This document shows, piece by piece, positions 26,016 to 39,303 of a stretch of DNA of 64,000 nucleotides. The stretch is from Octopus sinensis. Lineage: Eukaryota. The stretch lies in contig NC_043020.1 in NCBI RefSeq assembly GCF_006345805.1, positions 23,188,001 to 23,252,000 of the forward strand. Reading direction: 5' to 3'. Numbering within the stretch: position 1 is the stretch's first letter; every line of letters begins with the position of its first letter. Below the pieces are notes generated by a model. That model ran no database searches. It was not told the DNA's origin and saw nothing but the letters and a program-made list of their open reading frames with translations. The position numbers and the translations under genes were made by a program.

Positions 26016-27078
26016 TATATATCTGAACACTTGTAGAGATGAGCCACATTTGAAATAAAAAATGCAAATTCTCCACTTTATCTTCAAACATTCAGTTTTG
26101 GAGAGAATCCCTTGATGAAGCGTGTGTTTGTTTGTTTGTGTGTGTGTATGTGTGTGTTTGTGTGTGTGTATGTGCGTGTGTGAGTGTGTGTGTTTGGGAA
26201 ATGTTCATGTTTATACTGTGTAACTTCGATCACGCCGCTTTCATATCTTTCACGCCATAAAATCGAACTGACCTTAACTCCTAGAAAGCCCTAAAAGGAA
26301 AAATATGATTGAAAAAAAAAACACCTTACGGAATAGCAGAAACAACAGAAAAATCTTAAAAACACCTCACAAAGGCAGAGTTCAAATCAGAAATTTAATC
26401 AGAATTCTTAGTAAGAGAATGTGGAGATAGGGGATGTGGAACATGCAACAACACGAACAACTTCATATACTTGGAAAGTGGTTCCCACATAAAATTCAAG
26501 AGCGGATCCCTTTTCAAAATAAATGCAAATATGAACAGCAAAATGCAAAACCTCATATACTGCATTGCCATCCTATACTGCAAAGAAATTACAAATAATT
26601 CCTTCTGCCAACGTGCAATAATCCACAGGCAACATATTCGACAAGAGGAATTATGCAAGATTCCATTAAGTATGCATCTGGAAATATGCCAGAGATGGAA
26701 AATTGAAAATTCAAAATTTTTCCCTTTAACAAATGCGCACGGACGATCTGCAATACCGAAAAGCGATGGAACTACGGTTCGTCAAAAAATTCTCTCCAAA
26801 GTTGACTGTTTGAAAGAAAAGCGGAGAGAGTACATTTTGCAAGTATTATATTAATGTCCTCATGTGCAAAAACATGATATTAGAAGAGGCGTGATCGAAG
26901 TTATATGGACATGTTCTCGAACACACACACTCAAACGCGAACACACACAAACCCTCTCTCTCATACACACACACGCTTCATCAAGGGATTCTCTCCAAAA
27001 CTGAATGTTTGAAGGTAAAGTGGAGAATTTGCATTTTTATTCCAAATATGGCTCATCTCTACAAGTGTTCAGATATAT
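26016..27078 (+). mobile_element. Penelope-like fragment (Neptune-type GIY-YIG) with ~220-bp inverted repeats
   Basis: 26016-26247 is inverted relative to 26876-27078. Internal translation ECGDRGCGTC...FKINANMNSKMQNLIYCI...HRQHIRQ fits a Cys linker plus GIY-YIG N-terminus. (TA)n flanks. Confidence 0.75.
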
Positions 27079-27084
27079 ATATAT

Positions 27085-27293
27085 ATTTCTTTATTGCCCA
27101 CAAGGGGCTAGACATAGAAGGGACAAACAAGGACAGACAAAGGGATTAAGTCGATTAGATCGGCCCCAGTGCGTAACTGGTACTTTATTATCGACCCGAA
27201 AGGATGAAAGGCAAAGTCGACCTCGACGGAATTTGAACTCAGAACGTAACGGCAGACATATCGCCCGGCGTGCTAAGTTTCTGCCAGCTCGCC
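27085..27293 (-). mobile_element. Tx1-tailed SINE-A
   Basis: SINE-A body plus TTTGTCTGTCCTTGTTTGTCCC...GCCCCTTGTGGGCAATAAAGAAATA running into (TA)n. Confidence 0.85.
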
Positions 27294-27336
27294 GTTCACA
27301 TATATAATGTGTAACATTGGGATGGCCTAGCTTTAC

Positions 27337-27394
<58 letters not shown>

Positions 27395-27442
27395 TATATA
27401 TATATACATATAATATAGATATAATATATATTATATATATAT

Positions 27443-27836
<394 letters not shown>

Positions 27837-28229
27837 TATTATATGTGTATGTATGTATGTATGTATATATATATATATATTTCATTTTATTTTATTTTTT
27901 TATTAATTGTGAATTTGCAAATATTATACTATGTTTTTCCATGCAGAACTACATTTCATCAAAAAATTCCCACCAAAATGGAATGTTTGGAGGGAGAGAC
28001 AGTACGTTTTGCATTCAAAATATAACTCAAAGAGGAGAAAAAGAAAGAAAGAGGGGGAAAAGAAGGACAGGAGAAGGAGAGAACAAAAACGAAATGATTT
28101 CATGATGTCCAAACCACAGCCTTTTTTTGTTTTGAAGAGGTCACCATCCTTAAACCCATTCCAATAATATGGTAAAGGACTAAATAAATAAATAAACGAA
28201 TGGTGAATAGGAAGGGGGATACCCCTTAT

Positions 28230-28232
28230 ATA

Positions 28233-28308
<76 letters not shown>

Positions 28309-28323
28309 CGTCTACCTACCTAC

Positions 28324-28417
<94 letters not shown>

Positions 28418-29625
28418 GTCTATCTATTTATCTATCTATCAGCCTATCTACCCACATATATTTGTATCGATCCATCTCCATTGTCATGAAAATCACCCTA
28501 AATATAAAAAACAATGTTCTGTTCTAAGCAAGACCCCGCCAAAAACATCTGTTTATATAAATGAACAAGCTGTTTGTACATTCACAAAATTTTATTTGAC
28601 AAGTTCGAGAAACAACGAAAACGTTAATAATAAAGAAGAAATAAAAAGATGTTTTTTCCAAAATTCTGACAACTTTTTCTTAATATTCAATTTCTGTACC
28701 ACACACCTAACACCCTCTTCCTCTCTCTCCTCCTCCTGCCTCTCTCCCCCTCCCTCTCTCTGTCTCGCTATATATTAATATATACATACATTTGTGTGTA
28801 TGTATGTTTCTGTCTGTGTTTCTACCGCACCTCTGCTTGACAACCGGTGTTGGTGTGTTTACGTCCCCATAACTTAATGTTTCGGCAAAAGAGACCGCTA
28901 GAATAAGTATCAAGCTTAAGAAAAGCCAATGTGTTGTGGTCAATACATTCGACTAGATATTCTTCGAGGTGGTGCTCCAGCATGGGCGCAGTCTAATGAG
29001 TGAAACAAGTAAAACATAACCGATAAAAGACATGCAAACCCTCTCGCGTTTCCTTTCTCACTCTCATTCTTTCTCTCTCTCGCTCTCTCTCTCCTTTCAT
29101 TACTCTTTCGTTCATTCTTTCTTTTCTTTCCTTCCTTCTATCTATCTTTCCATCTGTCCCTCGTTTTCTATCCTTCGTTCTTCTTTCCTTCTTTCTTTTC
29201 TTCCGTCTTTCTTTTCCCGACTTTCTTTCTTTCTCTCTCCTCCCTTCTCTCTCTCTCCCTTCTTTACTCTTTCGTTCATTTTTTCTTCTTTTCTTTCCTT
29301 CCTTCTCTCTATCTTTCTTTCTGTCCCCTTTTTTCTATCCTTCGCTCTTCTTTCCTTCTTTCTTTCCCCCTTCTTCCTTCCTTCCTTCTTCCTCTTTCTC
29401 TCTTTCTTTCTCTCTTTCTTTCTCTCTCTCCTCCCATTACTCTTTTGTTCATTCTTTCTTCTTTTCTTTCCTTCCTTCTATCTATCTATCTATCTTTCTG
29501 TTCCCCTTTTTCTATCCTTCTTTCTTTCCTTCTTTCTTCCTCCCTTCTTCCTCCCTTCCTTCTTCCTCTTTCTCTCTTTCTTTCTCTCTCCCCCTCTCTC
29601 TCTCTCTCTTCCTCCCCTCTCTCTC
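28230..29625. repeat. (TATC)n array, SINE-B 3' half (28790-29030) and CT-rich low-complexity tract
   Basis: Seen directly. Confidence 0.9.
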
Positions 29626-29773
29626 ACAGAAAACATCTACGAAATGAAACCCTCAAAATACTTAATCATTATAGAAAGACGTTCTCCTTCCATAATTCTA
29701 TAAATTAATGTAAATATCCTAATAACATACATGTTTTTTTTGTACCTTATGGACAAAGATCGATTATAAATAT

Positions 29774-30007
29774 CTATTTCTTTACTACCCGCAAGGGGCT
29801 AAATATAGAGGGGACAAACAAGGATAGACAAAGGGAGTAAGTCGATTACATCGACCCCAGTGCGAAACTGGTACTTTATTTATCGACCCCGAAAGGATGA
29901 AAGGTAAAGTCGACCTCGGCGGAATTTGAACCCAGAACGTAACGACAGACGAAAAACCGCAAATCATTTCGCCCGGCGCGCTAACGTTTCTGCCAGCTCG
30001 CCGCCTA
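29774..30007 (-). mobile_element. Solo full-length Tx1-tailed SINE-A with 15-bp TSD
   Basis: Perfect flanking repeat ATCGATTATAAATAT at 29759-29773 and 30008-30022. Confidence 0.92.
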
Positions 30008-30480
30008 ATCGATTATAAATATTGATCACTAATTCCTAGTGGTTTAACAACATTTGTATGTTTTATATAGATGTACTACATTCGTCGACAAATATTTCAC
30101 AATGATAAAGACCTCGTTAGGATAAAGTAAGCAATAATTTAACAATAATTTAACGCCATCAATCATTCGTTGAAATATATAATAAACATTTTTGCTCTTA
30201 TGATATCGCATTGTTTTTTGCAGTAGTTTATTTTGTCAGTTTCAGGTCAAATGTCTATTGAATAGAAGTATGTTGTTCGTTAAATTTATAACAATTTTTC
30301 TTCCCCCAGAGTGTTTATATTAAGACAGCTTTGTGCGTTTTGATTCATTAAGTACAGGGGGAGGAAATCTCTCATGAAAAATGCCTTTTATGTTAGAAAT
30401 AGAAATACATACATGATTATTTTGATCCTCGCTGCTTCTTGAGCCGATAGAATATATACATACATACTTACATACATACT

Positions 30481-30521
<41 letters not shown>

Positions 30522-30524
<3 letters not shown>

Positions 30525-31290
30525 TTTTCTGGCCACATTTATAATATCGGGGCTTGCTGCTCTCCACTATAACCTTAATACAACCTCCTTGCTCACCGTT
30601 ATGGTCTCGACCATTCTTTCAACGTCCTCCAGGGCAGCGTGAAGGATTATCTCCAGGATCTGTCGTTGCCAAATCTTCGGTGGCATTCTCGTTATTTGGA
30701 GGACCTCTATCTTCTCTTCTACATCCAGCAGTACTGCAGCCACCAGCCAGGCGACATCTACCTCGGGGGGGGGGGGGGATATAATCCATCCTTACCTTGG
30801 AAGCCCGCCTTCCAAAGTAAGTAGGGAGAAGTATTACCTCGTCCGTTTTCAGGAAGAGCGGGGGGCCACCGAATATTGCCTGGCCTTCTCCTCGGATGCA
30901 AATCGCACCTCCACATTAGCGTATTTTCTAAGTCTTATATATCATTGCCTTTTGTTGCGAGTTATTTATAACTTCACTGGGAGGGGTCGCTTTTACTTCA
31001 TGCCCATCCCTTCGCAAGATTTCCCTATACATGTTCAACTCCGCCTTCTTATCTGTTTTTTCACCAGCCGCAGCAACAAAATTCATTTTTTTTTTTTTCC
31101 ACCTTCATTTTCCCCATCTTCCGGTTTGCAATATTTAAACTTCTCATTAATTCTTCTTCAGATGTCGTTACGTCTGAAGAACTGAAATCTTCATAAATCA
31201 TTAAGACGCAAGCAATGCAAAACAAGGGGTGGGGGTGGGCAGCATTAACAAAACTGCCGTAAGGCAGCAAAAATAAGTGTCTCAAGACAC
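30522..31290 (-). pseudogene. Tx1-clade ORF1 relic (third lineage)
   Basis: Minus strand gives NVEVRFASEEKAR...LKTDEVILLPTYFGRRASKVR...PEVDVAWLVAAVL...KPRYYKCGQKSH, homologous to ORF1 at 34840-35230. Confidence 0.8.
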
Positions 31291-31525
31291 CATATTAATA
31301 ACAAATATAATTCGATTCTTACTTGTACTTACTTGTGGTGACATTCACCTTGGGCGGGTTGAGTCGGCTTCTTCCTTGGAAGAAGTTTCGTGAGAATATG
31401 AGGATTTCACAAGCGGTCCCCAACAATCACGCATATGGAGACATCCTGTTTGCCGCAGATTTTACAGGGAATTAAACACACCAGCATCGGTTGTCAAGCG
31501 ATGTTGAGTGGGGACAAACACGCAT

Positions 31526-31574
<49 letters not shown>

Positions 31575-33119
31575 CGACGGGCTTCTTTCAGTTTCCGTCT
31601 ACCAAATCCACTCACAAGGCTTTGGTCGGCCCGAGACTATAGTAGAAGACACGTGCCCAAGGTGCCACGCAGTGGGACTGAACCCGGAACCATGTGGTTG
31701 GTAATCAAGTTAATTACCACACAGCCACTCCTGCGCCTACTTATTTATTTTTTCTAAAATTTTCGCTGGTCTTGCAACCTTTTCAAATACAAAAACGAAA
31801 TATATATATATGTATATACACATATATACATACATGCGTAGGCAGGCATCTATTTACACTCCAGTGTACACGAATGCACGCGTTGATATATATAAAGGTA
31901 AATAGATGCTCGCCTTTATGCTCGCTTAGATATACATGCACACGAAAATAATAAATGTTACACAAAGAAAGATGGCATCTCGTACATCTGAGTCTTCTAT
32001 TTGTTTCTAAATTTCACGTTTCTCGAGCATTCGCGTTCCTATCCACTTGTTTTATTTTTCTACATTCCTCTCTTCTATGTATATATAACATCGATTGGTT
32101 CACCCATACAAACACAATATCATCCTTCAGTTCCACTGACAAAAAAATTCTATTTATTCGATAAGCTCTTTCTTTTGAACATTTTCAAGAAAGGACCGCT
32201 TCTTTTTTTCTCACAAGTTTGGCATTTCCTATTTATTATTTCTCCAGTGCTTTCATTATAAAGCTGAGTATGTTTATATACTTTTAACGTTCACCGAAGC
32301 ATGCAAAATGTAATATCCACTCAAAGTCCAGCATTAAATACAAAGTTTTTATGAAGTTTTCTGGATTTGTTTCTTCTTTTGTTAAATACTTTAGAGTTCC
32401 TTTAATATTAAAAAAATATGTATTGAAATATTGGCTGTGGTTTCTCCTTGTAAGCACAAGAATATCTACACAGACAAACGCATACATACACAGAGCTATA
32501 TATATATTATACATGCGCACATGTAGATTTAGATATATGTATCTATCAACGAATCTATCCATCTATCTGTCTCCCTGTTTATCTGTTTCTCTATATATCT
32601 CTTCCTCAGTCTGCCTGCCACTCTCTCTCTCTCTAAACACACCCACACGCACACAAACACACATGCACACAAATAGACACACAAAACTCGTTTATAAAAT
32701 TTTAAAATTTCCGTCAGTTTTTGCTGTGAGGAGCTGAAGAGTCGAAACTCAAACGTTTCAGACCCAGTCCTTCACGAAGAGGAAAGAAAACTTGAAAAGA
32801 GATAAATTAAAGAGAGGCAGCAAAGTTTTATATCCTCTAACTTAAAAACACTGGGTGTAAAACACTGTGGCCTTTCGTTCATTTCCCTGCGTTTTATCTT
32901 TGCCCTGGAGAAGGATGGAGAAGGACTATGTCAGGACATCTATTTCCCCACATAATATAAGTCTTGCCGACGCAGAACAAGTCAACCCCATTCGACTCTA
33001 TTTTAATACCGAGTGGTATTAGGGCCACAAACTGGCAGTCGGAGCTCTGGTGAAAATTCTCGGAGTTTCTGTTTCGGCAACCGGCGGCTCCTCGGTCGTT
33101 CTGTCCCTGCGTCTGCGGA

Positions 33120-33302
33120 CAATCTGCGGCAAACAGGATGTCTCTACACTCGGGATTGTTGGGGACCGCTTGTCAAATCCACATATTCCCACGAAACTTC
33201 TTCCATGAATTCTCAATGGCGAATACAATGCCTCGAGGGTGGTGGAAAGAAGCCGACTCAACCCGCCCAGGGTGAATGTCGCCACAAGTACAAGTAAGTA
33301 AG
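33120..33302 (+). mobile_element. Non-LTR retroposon 3' tail ending in (AAGT)n; inverted paralog at 31318-31462
   Basis: AAGAAGCCGACTCAACCCGCCCAGGGTGAATGTCGCCACAAGTACAAGTAAGTA, with a near reverse complement at 31320-31380. Confidence 0.65.
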
Positions 33303-33403
33303 TAGAGTCTGTTTTAAACCGTCCAACACGAAATAACTGTACTCTCCTAGAATCAGTAATCATTACGCACATCCAGTGAAGTTTAAACATAGAAAAGCAG
33401 TAC

Positions 33404-33509
33404 CTTGGCATATCTTTAAAGTATTCGTAACATGGTTGCTGACTTTCTGCTTGGATCATATATACTGAACTATTCCCATCAACTGTTTCACATTTTGAAA
33501 ATGTTGTAA
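33404..33509 (-). CDS. Possible isolated host coding exon (unknown product)
   Basis: Acceptor TAACCTTCCTCAG, open frame TTFSKCETVDGNSSVYMIQAESQQPCYEYFKDMPR, donor AG|GTACTG; non-repetitive. No partner exons found. Confidence 0.2.
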
Positions 33510-33557
33510 CTGAGGAAGGTATTACGTAATATATGTATTTCCTTCTATATATTACGC

Positions 33558-33590
<33 letters not shown>

Positions 33591-34539
33591 CGGCGGGCTT
33601 CTTTCAGTTTCCGTCTACCAAATCCACTCACAAGCCTTTTGTTGGCCCGAGGCTATAGTAGACGACACTTGCCCAAGGTGCCAGGCAGTGGGACTGAACC
33701 CGGAATCATGTGGTTTGGTTAGCAAGCTGCTTACCACACAGCCTCTCCTAAAACCTTTAAGGTGATTCCCTAACACAACCATTGTTCAATAACTACAAAA
33801 ATGAAAGAATAATTTGATTTTGAATTATTTACATTGAACTTAAAGTTACGATATTGCTGTATTCAACTGATCTTAAGATTTGATTCTGTCACTATTGGGG
33901 TGATTGGTGGAACCTTTCCAGATACGTCTGGTGCATAGAAGACCCATTATATATTGGCGTTAACGTAATTAATGTACTGAACTAAATCAGAAAAAAAAAG
34001 AAACAGGCATTAATTAAAATTAAATACATTGTGATGACTGGAATCTAATATCAAAGCTATTAATAGTACTCAAAAATTTCAAGGGAGACAATTTATTTAA
34101 AAATTGATATACAGGTGCAGGAGTGGCTGTGTGGTAAGTAGCTTGCTAACCTCACTGACTGAAGAGTGACTTTGCTTACCGTACTACGGTTTGGACGCAT
34201 TTTCTTCCCGGTAAGAATTTTGCTGTGTTGTTAATTGTTGAATTTCTACTACTGAAAATTTGTCTTTAAACGTTGCTGAACTGTCTTGTTCTCCGGTTTT
34301 ACCGGGGAATAATTGGATAATTTCTTACCGTTGAACTGTTAGCCATTGTGGCTTTTTATTTACGTGACTATATATAGTCCTGCCAGACTATTTTCGTGCC
34401 CCTCCCCCGAATGGGGGTGGGAATTGGAATTTTTGAACTGCTTTTTTGAACTACTTTGGAAGAAAAACTTTCTATAGGTTTCCCAGTTTTGTGGGAACCA
34501 ATACTCGTAATTTTTGTGTTGTCTAATTTCAACAGAATA

Positions 34540-35914
34540 ATGTCTGTTGAAATTATTCACGAAAGTAGTGCTCTTGAGGAGAGCAATGTTAAAAAATTTT
34601 CTGAGGTAGCCGCAACCAGCTCGTCGAGCTATTTAAAAGAATGCAAGAGGAGGGTGGTGATGTTAAAATATCACCCTCCGCCAGTATCGTGGAGACTGAG
34701 AAGCGGACCGTAGTGTTTAAAACTTTCTGTCCACAAAGCAGAAGGTTCAAACACTTTGAAAAAAGCACCATCGAGAAATGCCTGTCCCCGATTTGGAAGG
34801 ACATCGTGTACGTCGCCAGGGGACGGGCATATGGCACTGTGGATGTCCGCTTCTCGGGGGAGAAATGGCCCGCGGGCATTCTGTGAACCCCCTAAAAACC
34901 AAGGAGGTGGTACTTTTCCCAAGCTATAGGGGACGCAGGACGTCCCGGGTCAGGATTGTAGAAGCCCCGCCGGAAGTAGATCCGGTAGAGGTAGTGGCCG
35001 CCCTGTTATATAAAAGGGCGGACAAAATAAAAATACTAGAAGTAACATGCTCTACCCCTCGACTTTGGCTCGGGCGTAACATTAATATATTAATTCAAGG
35101 AACAGCGGAGGACCTGCAGCTCCTTCCTGAGAGGGTGCTCGTGGGCGAGAACGTAGCCCTCAGGGTACAGGTCGAAGGCCGAAAACCCACCTGTTACGCC
35201 TGCGGCAAAAAGGGCCACAATCGTGTAGACTGTCCAGACAAGCAAAAGAAACCGCAGACACCAGGCCCCTCAGATAATAAAAAAGTTCCTACCCTGGCAA
35301 ACACGCCTACCCCTACAAAAACAAAAAATCCCACTCCCGCTGTTACGGTGCCAACCCCAAAACAGACTGAAGAAAAAACCCAGCCCTCGCACTCACAAAC
35401 CCCTACACTATTAAAACCTCCCACCCCACCCCCCTAAAAACTGCGGCGCCTACCGAACAAACCATTGCCACCCCCAGACGATACCATGGAGTATCAGAGG
35501 GGGGATTTACACCAGTTCGTAAAAGAATTCGTGCAGCATCCCCGTCCACATCCCCTACAAAAATAATAAAAACAAAGACACACCACAGACACGGAAAAAA
35601 AAATCCCGCTCAACTGGCCCAGAAAAAGAAGACAAAAAAGAAAATGAACTCATATTAATTGAATTCGACACACAAGACAATACATAAACGATATTGTGGT
35701 TCAGCATCAGTCAGCAAGACTGTACAACAAATACAAAGATCGAAATAGACACGCGTGGATTGCGGAAACAACGTTCAAACAATTAAAAGACAGACACCCA
35801 AACGCCATCCGGCATATCGCGAACTTTCCGGACTATCTGAAGAAAGAGGAGAAAGAAGGGGCCCACAAACGTGTGGCGAGGTCGGCCCCCACCTCTCCAA
35901 CGAAACGTAAGTAG
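34540..35914 (+). pseudogene. Tx1 ORF1 (gag-like, CCHC zinc knuckle), frameshifted
   Basis: CYACGKKGHNRVDC zinc knuckle and Pro/Thr-rich linker; split across several frames. Confidence 0.88.
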
Positions 35915-35931
35915 AACTTTTACTTTTTGTA

Positions 35932-38900
35932 ATGGCTTCGCTTAACCTTGGTTGTTTAAATGTGCGTGGTCTGAGTTCGAAGTGGAAGCAGGCTTGTTTC
36001 CTCGACGACCTCAGATCACATAATATACATGTGATGGTTGCTACAGAGACCAAGCTGGACAGCCTACAAACCTTCTCGCCCCTCCTGAATGGCTACGAGA
36101 AAATCATGTCTCCTGGCCAGACCGGAGGGCGAGGGGGTGTAGTGGTACTGATCCGTAAAGACTTGGCTCTACAGACAAGTACAGTCTATGTAGACCCAGA
36201 AGGTGGGCTGGTCGTCCTTGATGTGACATACAACAGTAAGGCCTTCAGGTTGATCGGACTCTATGCACCTTGTGCTAGAGGCTTCCAAACTGATTTTTAT
36301 CGGCGCCTAGAGGGCTTTCTCGTGACGTCGAAGACTTTAGTGATATTAGGGGACTTTAATGCTATCGTTGACGTACACATCGATAGCGTTGGCTCGATCT
36401 ATAGGAAAGTGAACTCACGTCTCGTGGATCTGCTTAAGCGGTTTCAGCTGGCAGATCGTTACAGACTTGACCATCCGAACGTCCCAGAGTGGACCTGGAT
36501 GAGTGGCGACGGAAGGTTCAAGTCTTATCTAGACAGGATAGTGACAAGAACTAGAGATAAGTCTAGTTTTAGTTGTCCACAGCTCGTCCAGGTGCCCTAT
36601 ACTGACCATAGAATGGTCACGTGTAGACTGGACATAGATAGCACACTTAAGATAGGAACCGGCTACTGGAAGCTGAACAAGTCTATTTTGACACGCGAGG
36701 CATACCGTCCGGATTAAGGTGTTAGTGCAGAGGGCGTTAACCGGAGCCGTGGTTAATAACCGGTGGTGGTTCACCCTCAAAAGAGCCATTCGATTCGAGT
36801 CCATTAGATTTAGTAAACAACTAAGACTAGATAGGGCTAGAATAGAAGGGCAACTAGTTAAGAACTTAGAGGAGGCATTGAGGTTGGGCTCTGCGTCTCA
36901 CATTTTAGCGGCGAGAACGGCATTAGACCGTCACCTCAAACCAACATGAGGGATGTAGAGTCCGGGCTAAAGTACGAGCATTGGGCCGTGAGGGAATTAA
37001 TGTTGCCGGATGGGCCCGTACGATAGAAACACAGCGTGGAAACGATGCCACAATTGGGCCTCTTGTTGATGAAAACGGATGCACGATCAAGAAGCGGGAC
37101 GAGATGTGTGAGGCACTTCACAAGCACTTCGCCGAGTTGTTCGGGAGGTGCGGGACGCTGGATCATGGTGAGGCCCTTAGGGACTTCCTGTCTGGTGGCC
37201 CGCGCCTCTCGACACGAGAGGCTGAGTGCTGTGAAGGGCCAATCACAGCCGAGGAAGTAATCGAGGTGTTGGGCAAGTGCCCCGGGGAGAAGTCGCCGGG
37301 TCTCGATGGTCTGCCCTATGAATTTTATAGAAGTATGCCAGACTTGTTCGGGCACCTGCTGGCTAGCGTTTACGCCAACTGGCAGCAGAATGGGAGAATT
37401 CCCAAGTCTGCGAGCCGGGGGGCGGTGACGTTGATCAGGAAGGACCCGAACAAGGGGGACGAGATAGGGAACTTCAGGCCCATAACTCTGTTGAACACAG
37501 AGTTAAAGATTCTGGCCAAGGTGCTAGCAAAAAGGGGCGCGGGTCGTGGACAAACTTGTCGGGGAAGCGCAAACGTGCGCTATCCCCGGCAGAACGATCC
37601 ACGACAATCTCCACCTTATACGCTACTCCTTAGAGAGGGGGGGGAGCTTTCTGGCGCAGGGGGAGCACTGGTACATTTAGACCAGTCCAAAGCATTTGAT
37701 AGGGTCGACCATCGGTACCTAGCGGCGGTCCTCGGAGAGCTGGCCTAGGCCCGACCTTTCGAGGCTGGATCGCTGCTTTGTATAGCGACATCGAGTCTGT
37801 AGTCAAGGTGAACGGTTCCTTTTCGAAGCCGTTCAGGATCGAGCGTTCAGTTCGTCAAGGGTGTCCCCTGTCCTCGCTACTATACGTATTGGCTCTTGAG
37901 CCTTTGCTGCGGAAGTTGGAGGCACTAGGGGGCGCGCCGCATGATCTATAGTGTGGAAGAGGAGCTACGGCGTATGCGGATGACACCTCCATCATCGTGG
38001 CAGACGAAGGCCAGCTTCCAGTGGTGGAAGAGGCCATCAAAAGCTACGAGGCGGTGGCAGGAGCAAAGGTTAACAAGGACAAGTCGGTCGGTTTGCAACT
38101 CGGCACCTGGAGGGGCAAGCCGATGCCGTCCAATAACGTCGTAGGGCGTTGGACGGAAGGTCCTGTTAAGCTGCTCGGAGTCTGGTTCGGGCCAGACCTC
38201 CAGATTGAGAAAAATTGGAGTGAGGTGGCCAACAAGGTGACCGCTCTAACCCAGACCTGGTCTGGGCGGGCGTTATCCCTGCTAGGGAAGGCGGAGGTGG
38301 TGCAGATGTTTATAGCATCAGTAATCACCTACCGCCTGACCGTGGTGCCTTGCCCCGACTTGTGGCTGAACAAGTTGGAGAGAATCCTTTTCCGATTTTT
38401 GTGGAAAGGAGGAAAGCCACTTGTAAAGCGCTCTGTCTGCTGCCAGAAACCGCTAAAGGGTGGGCTAGGGATGCCTTGGCTGAGGATGCGAAAACTCGCG
38501 TTAAGGTTGAGGCACCTCTGGCTTTACCTGGATGGAGAGCAGGTGTGGTCACCGCACGTCCGGTTCTACCTTCCCCAGTTAACGGACATCGGTGCATGGA
38601 TCAAGCGGAGACCTAAACTGAGTGAATGGCATTTGGAGTGCCGTCAGGCGCTCCAGCTACTATCTCGGGTGGGCAACGCCGGCAACAGGAGTTCCACCAC
38701 GGATTTCTATAGCGGGTTAGTGGAGATTAAGTCCGAAGACGCCTGGGCTACGATGAAAATCAGTTGGTCAACCTATTCCGGAGGACGTTCGGGCCGGGGT
38801 ATCTGGATAATTACCAGAAATCCCTGGCCTGGCAGTGTTTCCGTGCGGCTTTACCTGTTCGCGACAAGCTGTCAAGGCACGGTAGTGCCGTCTCGCCGAC

Positions 38901-39303
38901 ATGCCCGCGATGTGAGCAGGATAGGGAGACCGTCTTGCACGCATTCGTGGAGTGTCCGGAGTTATCGGGACTGATAGCTTTTGTTGAACAACTGTTGTCA
39001 GTGATGGGAAGAGTACAGCTATTAGCTGAGTCTATCATCGAGATTGTGCCGCCCCCTTTTCTTAACAGGGAAAGAAAGGCTTGTTTTTTCTGTGTAGTAG
39101 CCATACTGAAAGAAACAGTATGGAAGACGCGTACGAAAGGTATAGTGACAGGCACCTTTGTCTCCGGCCAGGGGTTGATTAACTTTTTTAGTTACCACCT
39201 CAGTAGCAAAATCAGGCTGGAGAAGAGGTGTATGTCACGAGATATGTTTGTGAAAAGATGGAAGCCTGTGGCATACAAGATGGGTATGTTTGGCACCAGG
39301 TAA
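35932..39303 (+). pseudogene. Tx1 ORF2: APE endonuclease + reverse transcriptase + C-terminal Zn motif, frameshifted
   Basis: LNVRGL, ILGDFNA, SYLDRI, YTDH (APE); KSPGLDGLP, FRPITLLN, LDQSKAFDRV, RQGCPLS, AYADDT (RT); CPRC...HAFVEC. Confidence 0.95.
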
